Source of the DNA: Thermoplasmata archaeon
GTDB taxonomy: Archaea; Thermoplasmatota; Thermoplasmata; Lutacidiplasmatales; UBA184
Length of the DNA: 64,000 nucleotides
Direction: 5' to 3'
NCBI GenBank assembly: GCA_049300255.1
Contig: JBAQJJ010000031.1
Coordinates: forward strand, 20,647-84,646
The notes under the pieces were generated by a model, which saw only the letters and a program-made list of their open reading frames with translations, did not search any database and was not told where the DNA came from. Made by a program: the position numbers and the translations under genes. The stretch's first letter is position 1. Each line of letters opens with the position of its first letter. Below are positions 29,497-40,177 of the stretch, piece by piece.

Positions 29497-29558
29497 CTGT
29501 GGTCCTCCGGCAATCTATCCGAGGGACAGTTAATACTGGACACCCCCTTCTTACCACG

Positions 29559-30863
29559 ATGCGACTCGACCACCCGGTCCTCCAAGTCGCGCTCGATTTC
29601 GAGAACCTCTCGCGGGCGCTCCAAGCCGCGCGGGAGGCCGTCGAAGGGGGCGCCGAGTGGATCGAAGCCGGCACGCCCCTCTTGAAGAGCGAGGGCCTCG
29701 ATTCCCTCCGGGAGCTCAAGAAGGCGTTTCCCGGGCACCGCATCGTGGCGGACATGAAGGTGATGGACACCGGAGCGTTCGAGGTCGAGATTGCGGCGAA
29801 GGCCGGAGCCGATGTCGTCACCGTGCTCGGAGCCGCCGATGACGACACGATCGCGGATGCCGTCCGCGGAGGCGACCTCTATGGGGCTGAGGTCATGGTC
29901 GATCTGTTGAACGTTGCCGACCCGCTCGCGCGCGCCCGAAAAGTGGGCGAACTCGGAGTCGCCTACGTCTGTTGGCACGTGGGGATCGACATGCAGATGC
30001 AAGCCAAGACCCCCTTCGCGATGCTCGAGCAATTGGCACGAGTCTCTCCAATCCCGGTGGCGGTCGCCGGCGGCCTTAATTCAGAAACCGTCGCGCAAGC
30101 GACCCGGGCCGGCGCGTCGGTGCTCATCGTCGGCGGGGCGATCACGAAGAGTCCGAACATTCGCGAGGCGACCGAGCGAATTCGGACCGCCATTACGACT
30201 CAGCGCGAGGTCGCCACGGAACACTTCCACCGGTATAGCTCGGGCGAGCTCCGTGAAGCCTTCCTCAAGGTTTCGGCGCCCAACGTGACCGATGCGATGC
30301 AGCGCCAGGGCGCGATCCATGGTCTCCTCCCGCGGCTCAAGGATCACACGGTCAAGATGGTCGGGCCGGCCGTCACGGTGGTCACGCGGGACGGGGATTG
30401 GGCGAAGCCGGTCGAGGCGATCGATCGGGCCGGCCCGGGCGATGTCATCGTCGTCGATGCCGGAGGAGGAACGACGGCGATGTGGGGCGAGCTCGCGACG
30501 TGGAGCGCCCATGGGCGGCAGGTCGCGGGCGTCGTGATCGATGGGGCGGTCCGCGATCTGGATTCGATCCTCGAGCTCGGGTTCCCGGTCTTCAGTCGAA
30601 GCGTCTCCCCGAATGCGGGCGAACCCAAAGGGCACGGCGAAATCGGGGTGGAGGTCACCGTCGGCGGTCAGAAGGTGCGACCGGGGGATTGGATCATCGG
30701 AGATGCCAGCGGCCTGGTCGTGGTTCCCCGGGAACGCGCTCAAGAAATCGCGAACCGGGCGCTCGATGTCATGGAGCACGAGAATCGAGTACGCGAAGAG
30801 ATCCGGCGCGGCAGCACGCTCGGCACCGTTCAAAAACTCGAGCGTTGGGAGCGCGTCGGCTAA
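29559..30863 (+). CDS. 3-hexulose-6-phosphate synthase fused to an RraA-family domain
   Basis: N-terminal half LQVALDFENL...ADMKVMDTG...VAGG is the OMP-decarboxylase-like HPS fold. C-terminal half ...VVVDAGGGTTAMWGELATW...GVVIDGAVRD is the RraA/MenG-like fold. Confidence 0.65.
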   Translation: MRLDHPVLQVALDFENLSRALQAAREAVEGGAEWIEAGTPLLKSEGLDSLRELKKAFPGHRIVADMKVMDTGAFEVEIAAKAGADVVTVLGAADDDTIADAVRGGDLYGAEVMVDLLNVADPLARARKVGELGVAYVCWHVGIDMQMQAKTPFAMLEQLARVSPIPVAVAGGLNSETVAQATRAGASVLIVGGAITKSPNIREATERIRTAITTQREVATEHFHRYSSGELREAFLKVSAPNVTDAMQRQGAIHGLLPRLKDHTVKMVGPAVTVVTRDGDWAKPVEAIDRAGPGDVIVVDAGGGTTAMWGELATWSAHGRQVAGVVIDGAVRDLDSILELGFPVFSRSVSPNAGEPKGHGEIGVEVTVGGQKVRPGDWIIGDASGLVVVPRERAQEIANRALDVMEHENRVREEIRRGSTLGTVQKLERWERVG

Positions 30864-31672
30864 GACTCGTGCCCCAGCCGCTCTCGCTCTTCCGGGATGC
30901 TTGCGAGCACGTGCGCCCTACTCCACAATCCCCGTCGCTCGTGCTCGAAATACCGGGTCTGATGTCGGCTGGGGCCCGTCCATACGTGGGTCCAGGGAAA
31001 CGGGTACCGAACCTCCCAGAGGACCAAGGGTTCGGGGTCGGCTAAGGGAAGCGTGAGTCGGGTCTCTCCCCGAATCGCGGCCGTCAGTTGGCGAAGCGAT
31101 AGACGACCGGCATCGACTTCGCGCAACGCCGCCACGATCTTCCGGACCATTCCCCAGACGAACGAGGGCGCGCGGATCTCGAGCGCGATCCCCGCCCCGA
31201 CTTTACTCGCTCGTACGGCATCGATCGTCCTCCACCGAGGCGTGCCCGATGGAATGGCGCGCCCGAAAGAGCGGACGTCGATCTCCCCTTCGAAGAGTCG
31301 GGCGGCCCTCTCCCAACGGTCGCGCGCAGTCTGCCGCGTAGCGTGATAGTACCGGTAAGTTCGATCGATGGGACGACGAACCCGCGCTGCCTCGGCCATC
31401 GGTGCGATGGCGCTAAAGAAGATCTCAGGAGCAATCCCATTTAGCGCCCGGAGCAATCCCGCCGGGGGCAGCGTGGAGGAGATGCCGAGCGCATTGGCAC
31501 GCGCGCTCACGCCGGCGTCGGTCCGGCTCGCCACCTCGATCCTCGCGCTCGCTAACGAGTCGATAATGCCGCGGCCGAGCGCGCCGATCCGGATCTCCTC
31601 CTCGACGGTCCGAAAATGGGGTTGGCGGGCCCAACCGCGGAACGCGGCCCCGTCGTATCCGAACCGAACAAT
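30860..31672 (-). CDS. truA: tRNA pseudouridine synthase A (start codon uncertain)
   Basis: RFGYDGAAFRGWARQPHFRTVEEEI...ASRTDAGVSA. The conserved N-terminus extends upstream of the GTG used by the ORF track. No in-frame ATG/GTG/TTG lies before the YDG motif. Confidence 0.65.
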   Translation of the reverse strand: MVRFGYDGAAFRGWARQPHFRTVEEEIRIGALGRGIIDSLASARIEVASRTDAGVSARANALGISSTLPPAGLLRALNGIAPEIFFSAIAPMAEAARVRRPIDRTYRYYHATRQTARDRWERAARLFEGEIDVRSFGRAIPSGTPRWRTIDAVRASKVGAGIALEIRAPSFVWGMVRKIVAALREVDAGRLSLRQLTAAIRGETRLTLPLADPEPLVLWEVRYPFPWTHVWTGPSRHQTRYFEHERRGLWSRAHVLASIPEERERLGHES

Positions 31673-31741
31673 GTAGCGAGGCGTGCGCCCTCCACCGACC
31701 CCGAACCTAAGAGCGCCCGGCCCGCCGGAGCCACGAACGAA

Positions 31742-31815
31742 CGCCCTCGCGAAACAGTGTCATATATCTACCTATTGTGAAATATACATTCTAAATTAGA
31801 TTTCTATATATCCCG
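31742..31815 (+). promoter_or_regulatory. AT-rich promoter island upstream of pstS with several TATA-like boxes
   Basis: tcatatatctacctattgtgaaatatacattctaaattagatttctatatatcc is a ~70 bp AT-rich segment in a ~68% GC context. Confidence 0.4.
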
Positions 31816-32056
31816 CGTTTCGTTAGAGCGGTCGATGGGACGTACGATGCGACCAGCCGCGGCCCTACGGGGCGAATGGGCGATCGAGGTCGGAGAGGTC
31901 TCGTTGGGGGGGGCAGTCGTTGACCACCGTGAAGGTCGCCCACCGTCCTTATCGACTCCGAATTTGGTTGGTCCTCGGCGACGTTCTCTCCGACCGGCTT
32001 CCATCGGATTTCCATCGTGACTTCGTGAAAACGAGAACGCAGGAGAGGAAAGAGAA

Positions 32057-33280
32057 ATGCAAAATAAGAACGAAAGCAGCGCCGCACCGCCGACCGAACC
32101 GACGATCCAGCGCTCAGGAGGGAGTCGAACTGGACTGTACGCCTTGGCCGCGGTCGTGGTGATAGTGGTCATCATCGTAGTCGCCGGCTTTGGGCTAGGC
32201 TGGTTCAACACCTCGACCAAGAGCGCAACCGGCAACGGCTGCACTCTCCCGGGCTCCGCCCCGATCAACGGTGCAGGATCCACGCTGGTCGCGCCGTTGA
32301 TGTTCCAATGGGCATCCGTCTACACGGCCAGCAGTGTCAGCTATAACAGCATCGGCAGCGGTGGGGGTATCACTCAAATCACGGCGAAGACGGTCGATTT
32401 CGGTGCCTCGGACGCCCCGCTTAGCCCGACTCAGGCCGCCGCGATTCCGTCGCCGGGAGTGCTCACAATCCCCGAATCGATCGGGGGTGTCGTACCCATC
32501 TACAACCTTCCGGGGCTATCGGCGACGTTGCACTTCACGGGGCAGATTCTGGCGGAAATGTTCCTCGGCACGATGACGAACTGGAACAATTCGCAGTTGC
32601 AAGCGATCAATCCGGGGGTGGTGCTTCCGAACGCGACGATCATCATCGTACATCGATCGGACGGCAGCGGGACGACGTTCATCTGGACCAGCTTTTTGTC
32701 GGCGGAAAATGCTACGTGGAAGAGCACGGTGGGCTATGCGACTTCGGTCAATTGGCCCGTGGGCGTGGGCTCGAAGGGCAATGCAGGAGTCACGGAGACG
32801 GTTAAGTCCACTTCGGACGCAATCGGATACGTGGACATCAACTATGCTCTGACCGATGCCGTTTCCTTTGGTGCTGTCGAGAATCCGTCCGGAAACTTCA
32901 TCCTGGCGAATATCACCAACATCGCGTCGGCCGTCACCGATTCGAACCCGACCTTCCCTGCGGCCGCGGACACGGGGCCCTGGTACAACCTATCCGTACT
33001 GAACGCACCTGGAGCCCACGACTACCCGGTCGCGTCGTTCACTTATGTCTTCGTGTATAAGGACCTGGGCGCAGCCTACGGTTCTTCATACACCAAGGGC
33101 GACGCGCAGAACCTCGTGGACTTCCTCGCATGGATCGTAACAGCAACGGACGGGCAAAGCTACGCGGCAGAGCTCTACTACGTCCCGTTGTCGGCAGCGG
33201 CGATCAGCTTCGACCTGGCGGCAATCGACACGATTACGTACAACGGAGGAACACTCATTCCCTGTATACCAAGCTCGTAA
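32057..33280 (+). CDS. pstS: phosphate ABC transporter substrate-binding protein
   Basis: GAGSTLVAPLMFQWASVY...GSGGGI. Confidence 0.85.
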   Translation: MQNKNESSAAPPTEPTIQRSGGSRTGLYALAAVVVIVVIIVVAGFGLGWFNTSTKSATGNGCTLPGSAPINGAGSTLVAPLMFQWASVYTASSVSYNSIGSGGGITQITAKTVDFGASDAPLSPTQAAAIPSPGVLTIPESIGGVVPIYNLPGLSATLHFTGQILAEMFLGTMTNWNNSQLQAINPGVVLPNATIIIVHRSDGSGTTFIWTSFLSAENATWKSTVGYATSVNWPVGVGSKGNAGVTETVKSTSDAIGYVDINYALTDAVSFGAVENPSGNFILANITNIASAVTDSNPTFPAAADTGPWYNLSVLNAPGAHDYPVASFTYVFVYKDLGAAYGSSYTKGDAQNLVDFLAWIVTATDGQSYAAELYYVPLSAAAISFDLAAIDTITYNGGTLIPCIPSS

Positions 33281-33317
33281 GGTGCGCACGATCGGAACCT
33301 GACTCGGGTGAGCCAAA

Positions 33318-34304
33318 ATGATCCCGAGGAACCCTTTCCGTCGCTCCAGGGTCCCGAAGACCAAGCATCGAGGACGTTGGGGCGACCGAATTTTCGCCGT
33401 GCTGACTGGGTTCGGGGCCGTTGCCGTCGTGGGCATCGCCGTCCTCCTCGTCGTCGTCCTCTACTATGGTGCGCGTCCCACAATCCAGCTCTTCGGCTTT
33501 TCGTTCCTTTGGATAAAAATCTGGAGCCCAGCTGGGTCACCCACAAATCCAAACGTTTACGGAATCGTTCCCTTCATTATCGGCACTCTCGTCACTAGCT
33601 CCATCGCGCTCTTGATCAGCATTCCCCTTTCCTTGGGGGCCGCGATTTTTCTCACTCAACAGGCCCCCATGTGGCTCCGCCGACCGGTCGGCCAGGTGAT
33701 CGAGCTCCTCGCTGCGATCCCGTCGATCGTCTACGGATTTTGGGGTCTCGTCGTCTTAGTCCCTATCATGCGCCTGGAGATCGAACCGACTTTGGAACGG
33801 TATCTCTGGTGGACGGGTCTCTTCAGTGGGACACCGATAGGGCTCGATGTCCTGACGGCGAGTGTCATTCTTTCCATCATGACCATCCCGACCATCACCG
33901 CCATCAGCCGGGATTCGATGGCGGCCGTCCCGATCAGTCAGAAGGAAGCAGCACTGAGCCTCGGGGCCACCAATTGGGAGGTCACGTGGAAGGCGGTGGT
34001 CCCGTACGCCCGGACCGGCATTATCGCGGGGATCGTGCTGGGCCTTGGGCGCGCGCTGGGAGAAACGATGGCGGTTACGCTCGTCATTGGAAACAGCAAT
34101 CACATTCCGACTTCCCTCTTCTCCCAAGGTCAGACGATCGCCAGTCTTATCGCGAATCAGTTCACCGAAGCCAGCGGTCCGCTCGAACTTTCGGCTCTGA
34201 TCGAGGCCGGCCTCATCCTGCTCGTGCTAACGTTGGCAATCAACATCGCCGCCCGGGGGATTCTCTCGCGCTTCGAAAAGGGACGGGGGGTGGGCGAAGA
34301 GTGA
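33318..34304 (+). CDS. pstC: phosphate ABC transporter permease PstC
   Basis: EAA-loop permease with 6 TM. Confidence 0.8.
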   Translation: MIPRNPFRRSRVPKTKHRGRWGDRIFAVLTGFGAVAVVGIAVLLVVVLYYGARPTIQLFGFSFLWIKIWSPAGSPTNPNVYGIVPFIIGTLVTSSIALLISIPLSLGAAIFLTQQAPMWLRRPVGQVIELLAAIPSIVYGFWGLVVLVPIMRLEIEPTLERYLWWTGLFSGTPIGLDVLTASVILSIMTIPTITAISRDSMAAVPISQKEAALSLGATNWEVTWKAVVPYARTGIIAGIVLGLGRALGETMAVTLVIGNSNHIPTSLFSQGQTIASLIANQFTEASGPLELSALIEAGLILLVLTLAINIAARGILSRFEKGRGVGEE

Positions 34305-35181
34305 AGTTCGATCGGCACGCCCGGCGCAAGTTACTGAGCCATACGTTCACAGTCCTGACCGGTCTGGCAATCGTTGTCATCTTCATCCCGCTGGCCGCGA
34401 TACTCTACGAAGCGGCCAGCTTGGGTGCCCCGTCCTTTTCGCTCGGACTCTTCACCCAGGGCCTTCCCGTTCCGTGCGCTCCGCACGCCGGGATCAGTTG
34501 TCCGAAAGGAGGTCTCGCGTGGCCCATCGTGGGGACCCTGACTCTCTTGGCTTTAGCGTCGTTGGTGGCCGTGCCGATTGGAATTGGCGGCGCGATCTTC
34601 AGCGTTGAATACGGCGACCGGTTTGTCGCAGCGCGAGTCGTAGGGATCGTTGCCGACGTACTCTCGGGGGTGCCGTCCATCGTGGTAGGCGCATTCATCT
34701 ATGCGCTGATTCTCTATTACGCTCCGACCATCGTCTTCAGTCAGATCTCGGGCTCCCTGGCCCTGGCCGTGCTGATGACCCCCATCGTGACGAGAACGAC
34801 GGAGAACGCCTTGCGAGCGATCCCTCGCTCGGTTCGCGAGGCCGCGCTGGCGCTCGGGATCTCCCGTTGGAAGATATCAATGCGGATCGTCATGGTCGCG
34901 GCTCTGCCGGGCGTGATAACTGGTGTCCTGCTCGCGATCGCACGGGCCGCCGGAGAGGCGGCACCCCTGTTACTGACCGATTCGAGCCTTCGGCAGTGTA
35001 TAGCCCTCGATCAGCCGTGTGCGGCGCTGCCCATCATGATCTTTACATTCGCGGACTCCCCCTATCCGAATTGGATTAGCCTGGCTTGGGCTGCCGCGCT
35101 CATCTTAATCTTGCTCGTTCTCGCTCTGAGCGTACTCTCTCGGTTCGTGCTGGAGCGGACGGCGAGGAGGATGAGCGGCCG

Positions 35182-35185
<4 letters not shown>
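34301..35185 (+). CDS. pstA: phosphate ABC transporter permease PstA
   Basis: GTG start overlapping the pstC stop (GTGA). [21 protein letters not shown]... Confidence 0.75.
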
Positions 35186-35948
<763 letters not shown>

Positions 35949-35952
<4 letters not shown>

Positions 35953-36746
35953 CCGAAGACCCATTAGCGGGGTCAGGTTCCCCCCGAGGTTACGACCTCG
36001 AAATCCGGCAGCTTAAGGATCGAGCGGTTCGGATGGGAGATTGGGCCCTTGGAATGGTCCACGATGGTTGGCGAACTTATGATCAAGGCGACCTCGTCGC
36101 GGCGCAATCCGTCCTGGATCGGGACACCCAGCTCGATCGCTTTGATGAGGACATGGAGCATGCCACCATCGCTTTCCTCGTTCTGCGCCAACCCGCGGCC
36201 GTCGACCTCCGCACCGCAGCCGCCTTGCTCAAGATCACGACGCATCTCGACCGAATGGGCCGTCTTGGGTTCGATATGGCTCGCATCACGACGTCCGATC
36301 CAGCAAGAGAGCCGTCCGATCTGCGCACTCTCCTTCAACGGATGGACGATACCGTCGAGTCGATGATGCGTCAGTCCATTGACGCGCTGAATCACGATCA
36401 GGTCGAACTCGCCCGACAAATGTTCCGCCGCGACGATGCTGTGGATCGAATGCATCGCGAGGCAAACCAATTGATCATCGAGAGCTTGGAAAAGGATCCG
36501 TCATCGGCCCGGCGCCTTTCGGGGGACCTCCTCGTGGCCCGTCACTTCGAGCGGATCGCGGACAACGCGTGCAAGGTCTGTGAGAAGACGATCTACGCGC
36601 TTACGGGTCAGCGGAGGTCGGAGTACTTGCCACGGCATCCGTATCGGCCGTACGTGCTGGAGACGCCGCACCGAGATCGCCCCAGCGGCCAACCGAGCGC
36701 TCCTGCGAAGGGCACGCCACCCGCCCCCGATCCGCAAGCTCCTTAG
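35949..36746 (+). CDS. phoU: phosphate transport system regulator PhoU
   Basis: Two PhoU repeats. Overlaps the pstB stop. Confidence 0.8.
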
Positions 36747-36774
36747 CGCTCTAGACGCCAGCGCGTCGCCACGG

Positions 36775-36819
36775 GTCTCCCGAGTTTACTCCGGTCAAGG
36801 ATTCGGGGCCTTAGAGCCC
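36775..36819 (+). pseudogene. decayed partial copy of the tRNA-Glu 5' half (acceptor, D-arm and degenerate anticodon arm)
   Basis: gtctcccgagtttactccggtcaaggattcggggccttagagccc aligns with gctcccgtagtctagtccggtcaaggattcggcgccttcgacgcc of the tRNA-Glu 450 bp downstream. Its anticodon stem does not pair. Confidence 0.4.
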
Positions 36820-36913
36820 AACTATTCGGCCGGAAGGCGTGTGCGTGACTTTGGACACGGTGCACCCTCCATCACCGCGGGAAGCACAATCGGACTAGAA
36901 AGGTAGACGAGTC

Positions 36914-37249
36914 ATGCCCTTCAAGAATAGGGAAATTCGGCGCGGATACAACATAGCATACCAACGGGTCTGTTATCTTTGCCACAAGCCGGCTTGTATC
37001 GAAAAGTATCACGTTCGAAAAAAAAGCTCGGAAGTATCTCGAGTGCTAGAAACGAGGTCACCCATCTGCAGTCGGCGGAGGGTCGGATTTTCGTTGCCGA
37101 GACTTTCATCATACGCGGGGGCAGGCCAAGGTGGCAAATCTATCCCGTTTGGCAACAGATGGTGCCACCGTTGATACGTTGAACGCCGAACTCCAAAATG
37201 CATCGTGCTGTGCAGGAACTGCCACGCGAAGGAACACTTCAAGCAGTAA
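36914..37249 (+). pseudogene. HNH endonuclease remnant (frameshifted)
   Basis: The 86-aa ORF ...CYLCHKPACIEKYHV... is followed in the +2 frame by ...KCIVLCRNCHAKEHFKQ*, an HNH C-terminal motif. The local GC is clearly lower than the surroundings. Confidence 0.45.
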
Positions 37250-37268
37250 AGTGGTTCACCGGTCCGAT

Positions 37269-37343
37269 GCTCCCGTAGTCTAGTCCGGTCAAGGATTCGG
37301 CGCCTTCGACGCCGTAACGCGGGTTCGAATCCCGCCGGGAGCA
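37269..37343 (+). tRNA. tRNA-Glu (anticodon TTC), CCA not encoded
   Basis: GCTCCCG/CGGGAGC acceptor stem, D-arm GTCTAGTCCGGTCAAGGAT, anticodon stem CGGCG/CGCCG with loop CCTTCGA, T-arm GCGGG TTCGAAT CCCGC. Confidence 0.8.
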
Positions 37344-37380
37344 TCCGGCTACCGGACTGGGTCGTAGGGGGCTCCGCTTT

Positions 37381-37836
37381 TCAATCACTTAGGAAAATCG
37401 ATGACAGGTAGCCACCCGAGTAGTCCACTACCTGGCTGTCCGTCGTCCCAATGAAGTTCGAGGCGAAGAACGTGTAGATGCCACCGACTGACTCGAACGA
37501 GCAACTACCGCTCGTTTCGTTGTGCCACGTGCATTGGTTCATACTCAGATCCTCCCCCGGTTCGCTGATTCCGAATGTGACCCGACCGTCGCTTTGGTCC
37601 TGCCAATGAATACTGACAGCCAGGTCAGCGGGGAGCAACTCAGTGTGCACAAACTCGGGGCATCCGTAGATGCAATCCCTGGACGGAGTCACGATCTGGC
37701 CTGAGAATGTAGCAGTGACCCACGGCCCGAAACCGATCACGATCGTTGCCGCGGCTCCACTGACCAACATCACGGCGACCCACGGAGCGTACTCACGACG
37801 CGATCGAGATCCAAAGTATTGCGTTGGTGCCGTCAA
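37381..37836 (-). CDS. hypothetical membrane-anchored secreted protein
   Basis: 151 aa. N-terminal TM and Cys-containing ectodomain. Confidence 0.35.
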   Translation of the reverse strand: MTAPTQYFGSRSRREYAPWVAVMLVSGAAATIVIGFGPWVTATFSGQIVTPSRDCIYGCPEFVHTELLPADLAVSIHWQDQSDGRVTFGISEPGEDLSMNQCTWHNETSGSCSFESVGGIYTFFASNFIGTTDSQVVDYSGGYLSSIFLSD

Positions 37837-37989
37837 ACTGCCTCCGCGGACTAAATGCCAGAGGGGTACAAAGGGAATTGCGCAGAATTCGATAGTGTGG
37901 TTTGGTCCGGCCGATCTTACGACGTTGGGAACTACAGGTAGTTCACGATTTGCCGAATTACCGGGAGGTCATCGATCGATTGAACCGGA

Positions 37990-38313
37990 CTAGCGACCCA
38001 AGATCGCTGCTGGGCCGACCAGCACCTCCCACGGCTCGACGCTGGAAACGCGGAGCAGCCCGAATTGCATCCATGGATCTTCGGCGAACCGCGCTCGGAC
38101 GGTCGATTCACTCTCCGCATCCACGATCAGGAGGGCTCGATGCCTTGGCCCCCCACCGAGGGGACCGGCGAACATGATGAATCCCTCCTCGGCGAGCGCG
38201 TTCACGAAGGCCGCGTGCTCGGTCCATTTCTCCTGGTCGCGCATCGATCGGGAGGAATCCCAGGCCGGACCCTGCTCATTGATCACAACGAAGTAGACCA
38301 TTTTCCACACCAT
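37990..38313 (-). CDS. YciI-like protein
   Basis: 107 aa matching the YCII-related domain pattern (FVVINEQGPAW...FIMFAGPLGGG...LLIVDAESESTVRA). Confidence 0.55.
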   Translation of the reverse strand: MVWKMVYFVVINEQGPAWDSSRSMRDQEKWTEHAAFVNALAEEGFIMFAGPLGGGPRHRALLIVDAESESTVRARFAEDPWMQFGLLRVSSVEPWEVLVGPAAILGR

Positions 38314-38347
38314 CTTCGTCCCTCCAAAATCGGCCGATCACCGCAGA

Positions 38348-39289
38348 TTGAGTACAGGCGACCCCCTCGACAGTATATCCCACTCCCTGACTCGGTATAC
38401 CCGGCAGCCAACGAAAAATGCGAAGTCTGGAGGGAACCTTATCCACGGCGCAAGTTCTGGCTCGCGCGTGACCGCGCGGGTCACCCGCCGGGTTCGAAGC
38501 AGGGTCTTCGGGCGAGACCCGGCTGCGTTTGATCGGGCGCGCCTACGTTACCCCAAGCGAATTTACGAGATCCTGACCAGGCGCTGCGGGCTCCATCCCG
38601 GGATCGTGGCTTTCGAAATCGGACCGGGGACGGGGATTGCCACCCGAGAGCTCCTCCGTCGAGGGGCCGGACCCATGACGCTTGTCGAACCGGATCGGCG
38701 GCTGGCTCGCTACCTGCGTGGATCGCTGGGGTCCCGCGCCGGCCGAGTAACGGTCCTGACGGAATCGTTTGAAGACGTTTCGTTGCCGTCCGCGGGTTTT
38801 GACCTGGGGATTGCCGCCTCAAGTTTCCATTGGATGGCCGAACGCCAGGCGCTTCGCAAGATCGCGCGCGTCCTCAAGCCAGGCGGTTGGTGGGCCGCTT
38901 GGGGCAATCGTCATGGCGACCCGTATCGAGCAAGCCCGTTTCACGAGGCCCTCCAACCGCTGTATCGCACCCTCTCCAACGGACGTGCCGGCGGAGGCTT
39001 CGGTAAGGCGGCCGCAGCCAAGGACCGGACGGATCGGATGGCCGCCCTAAAATCGGTCGGTAAGTTCGACTACATCTCACGAGAGGATATCCGGTGGACC
39101 GTTGCCCTCCCGACTGCTCGAGTCAAGGCTCTGTGGGGAACGTTTTCAGACGTACTCACGCTCCCCCCTCAGAAGCGTAACTGGTTCCTCAACGAGCTCG
39201 CAAAGGTCGTTGACGAGCGGTTCGAAGGGCGGGTCGAATTTCCCATGCTATCGCCAATCTACACGGCGCGAAAGGTCCGATTGCTGTAA
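38348..39289 (+). CDS. class I SAM-dependent methyltransferase
   Basis: VAFEIGPGTGIATRELLRRG (motif I) ... LKPGGWW. The true start may lie downstream of 38348. Confidence 0.6.
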   Translation: MSTGDPLDSISHSLTRYTRQPTKNAKSGGNLIHGASSGSRVTARVTRRVRSRVFGRDPAAFDRARLRYPKRIYEILTRRCGLHPGIVAFEIGPGTGIATRELLRRGAGPMTLVEPDRRLARYLRGSLGSRAGRVTVLTESFEDVSLPSAGFDLGIAASSFHWMAERQALRKIARVLKPGGWWAAWGNRHGDPYRASPFHEALQPLYRTLSNGRAGGGFGKAAAAKDRTDRMAALKSVGKFDYISREDIRWTVALPTARVKALWGTFSDVLTLPPQKRNWFLNELAKVVDERFEGRVEFPMLSPIYTARKVRLL

Positions 39290-39424
39290 CGCTGCGCGCG
39301 GTTCGAAGTTTCTTAGAGGCGACGCCCTCCGGCACGGCCGCTCACTGCCCTTCGCTCGGGATCGCGGCCCGCAGGGCGCTCGCGTCGTCCCAAACGCGAT
39401 TAATGCGAGAGCAATGGGGCTGGC

Positions 39425-40012
39425 ATGCCCGATAAAACAGCCGCCCCGAGGGAGAGCCCCTTCGTACTCGACATCAAGGAAATCCGCAAGCGCGCTCGAG
39501 AGCACATGGGACGGGGCGCGGTCACCGTCGCCAACAAGACCGATCCCGGAACCGTGGTGCGCATTCTCAATGAAGCGCTCGCGACTGAGATCGTTTGCGT
39601 CCTACGCTACAAACGCCACCAGTACATGGCGGCCGGAATTCATGCCATCGAAGTCGCGGCTGAGTTCGCCCTGCACGCGAACGAAGAACAAGGGCACGCA
39701 GACATGATCGCGGCCCGGATCACCCAATTGGATGGCGCCCCCAATTTCAGTCCGGAAGGTCTGGCGACTCGGTCGCACACGGAGTACGTTGAGGGAAGGA
39801 CGCTCACCCAGATGATCGAGGAGGACCTGGTCGCCGAACGCATCGCGATCGAGACCTACAGCGAGATCATCCGGTACCTCGGCTACAACGACGCAACGAC
39901 CCGAACCATGATGGAGAAGATCCTGGCGATGGAGGAAGAACACGCCGAGGACATGAAAACCCTCCTCCAAAAGGTCGGTTCCGACGAGAAGGTCGCCGGC
40001 GCGCGCAACTAG
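39425..40012 (+). CDS. ferritin-like protein (Bfr/DpsL-type)
   Basis: EIVCVLRYKRHQYMA...EFALHANEEQGHADMIAARI are di-iron ligand spacings of the ferritin-like fold. Confidence 0.55.
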   Translation: MPDKTAAPRESPFVLDIKEIRKRAREHMGRGAVTVANKTDPGTVVRILNEALATEIVCVLRYKRHQYMAAGIHAIEVAAEFALHANEEQGHADMIAARITQLDGAPNFSPEGLATRSHTEYVEGRTLTQMIEEDLVAERIAIETYSEIIRYLGYNDATTRTMMEKILAMEEEHAEDMKTLLQKVGSDEKVAGARN

Positions 40013-40177
40013 CGAGACGCGGCTCTTCTAGGCGCGAGAGCTCCGTAGGGGGCCGTCGCGGAGGGCGGAAGTCCGAAAACCCCTTACCTCACTCTCCCTT
40101 CGTGCGCCGGAAGGTGCGGAGACACGGCCACGCGTTCCCCCGACCCGTCGACCTCGCCGCGGCTGACGTCAACCCCT

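Noticed and set aside
36775-37343. Intron-containing or split tRNA spanning the 5' fragment and the tRNA-Glu
   Set aside because: The intervening 450 bp is far longer than archaeal tRNA introns. The fragment's anticodon stem does not pair. The downstream gene is already a complete 75-nt tRNA.
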